Positions 49,175 through 49,554 of a DNA stretch of 49,554 nt are shown piece by piece; the stretch's first letter is position 1, and each line of letters begins with the position of its first letter. This DNA is from a virus, in IMG/VR virus record IMGVR_UViG_2643221500_000001, positions 1 through 49,554 of that record. The stretch is one strand, 5' to 3'. The translations under genes were made by a program, and so were the position numbers. Under the pieces are notes generated by a model, which ran no database searches, was not told the origin of the DNA, and saw only the letters and a program-made list of their open reading frames with translations.

Positions 49175-49369
49175 CTATTCGTCCGGTGCCGTGCCAGTCT
49201 CGCCCTGGTGAATAGCGATAGCCGCCTCGACCATAGCCGTTGCAGCATCGATCCTGTCCCAGCCTGCGGCCTCAGCAGCGTCCAGAGCTTCTACGAGCTT
49301 CCCGGCAATCGCCTCCTGCAAATCCATTTCCCGGTCTGGGTAGTCGCCTTCACGCTTTGGCTTGATCAT
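49175..49369 (-). CDS. hypothetical acidic protein
   Basis: 64-aa ORF with AGGAG 6 nt upstream. Confidence 0.55.
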   Translation of the reverse strand: MIKPKREGDYPDREMDLQEAIAGKLVEALDAAEAAGWDRIDAATAMVEAAIAIHQGETGTAPDE

Positions 49370-49502
49370 ATGGCTCTCCTCTTATGAAGAGGATAGTGCG
49401 GCAAGCATTTCTGTCCATAGGTTCATATCAGGTTCGGTGAACCTAAAGAGCGCTACATATCAGCAGCGCACTTTGCATATAAGTATCTGTTTTGATTGGG
49501 GT

Positions 49503-49554
49503 TCGAATGGTGGGCGTGACAGGGATTGAACCTGTGACCCCTACGATGTCAACG
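49503..49554. repeat. attR: attR core: 52-bp direct repeat identical to 1-52
   Basis: Identical to nt 1-52. The window ends exactly at the repeat end. Confidence 0.9.
49508..49554 (-). tRNA. 3' 47 nt of tRNA-Val(GAC); 5' part would lie beyond the window
   Basis: Same anticodon-loop/T-arm/acceptor/CCA reading as the left copy. Only this copy can continue into bacterial DNA on its 5' side, so it is probably the intact gene. That cannot be seen here. Confidence 0.6.

Noticed and set aside
1-49554. CRISPR arrays, IS elements/transposases, rRNA genes
   Set aside because: No regularly spaced repeat-spacer pattern, no transposase-like ORF and no rRNA-like sequence was seen. The only phased repeats are the 22-bp iterons at 15876-15958.

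Overview
The window is one complete ~49.5-kb temperate prophage bounded by a perfect 52-bp direct repeat (1-52 = 49503-49554). The repeat is the 3' part of a tRNA-Val(GAC) gene.

Gene layout, left to right:
- int/xis (125-1311).
- A long leftward early operon (1.6-9.9 kb): many small unknowns, a PD-(D/E)XK exonuclease, a Rad52-type annealase, SSB, NinB and two HNH genes.
- A lambdoid immunity region (P_L-like promoter at ~9.97-10.0 kb; CI-like S24 repressor and Cro-like gene at 11.5-12.6 kb). Two convergent two-gene cassettes sit between P_L and cI.
- A rightward replication module: GapR/DUF2312-like, VRR-NUC, DnaB, an initiator with internal iterons, and a DnaA-domain-IV-like protein.
- A 0.55-kb ORF-free, helix-rich segment (17.93-18.52 kb), followed by tiny genes separated by intrinsic terminators.
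- A T7/BPP-1-like podovirus virion module: TerS, TerL, portal, scaffold, coat, tail tubular A/B-like proteins, and three internal virion proteins including an SLT transglycosylase.
- A P22 immI-like Mnt/Arc/antirepressor module.
- A lower-GC accessory stretch: Tat-signal protein, beta-helix tailspike, O-acyltransferase, a 35-aa hydrophobic ORF and a RelE/HigB-like TA pair.
- A lysis cassette: holin, SAR-like GH24 lysozyme and overlapped spanins.
- A third HNH_3 endonuclease and an HTH-metallophosphoesterase next to attR.

The GapR-like gene points to an alphaproteobacterial host. No CRISPR array, rRNA, transposase or reverse transcriptase was seen.

Most second-look-worthy:
- The ORF-free structured segment at the early/late junction, with its terminator cascade.
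- The lysogen-type cassettes in the rexAB-equivalent position.
- A type-I-toxin-like small ORF.
- A translationally coupled peptide / HExxH protein / mini-lipoprotein operon.

All functional calls rest on motif and synteny recognition by eye. No database search was run.
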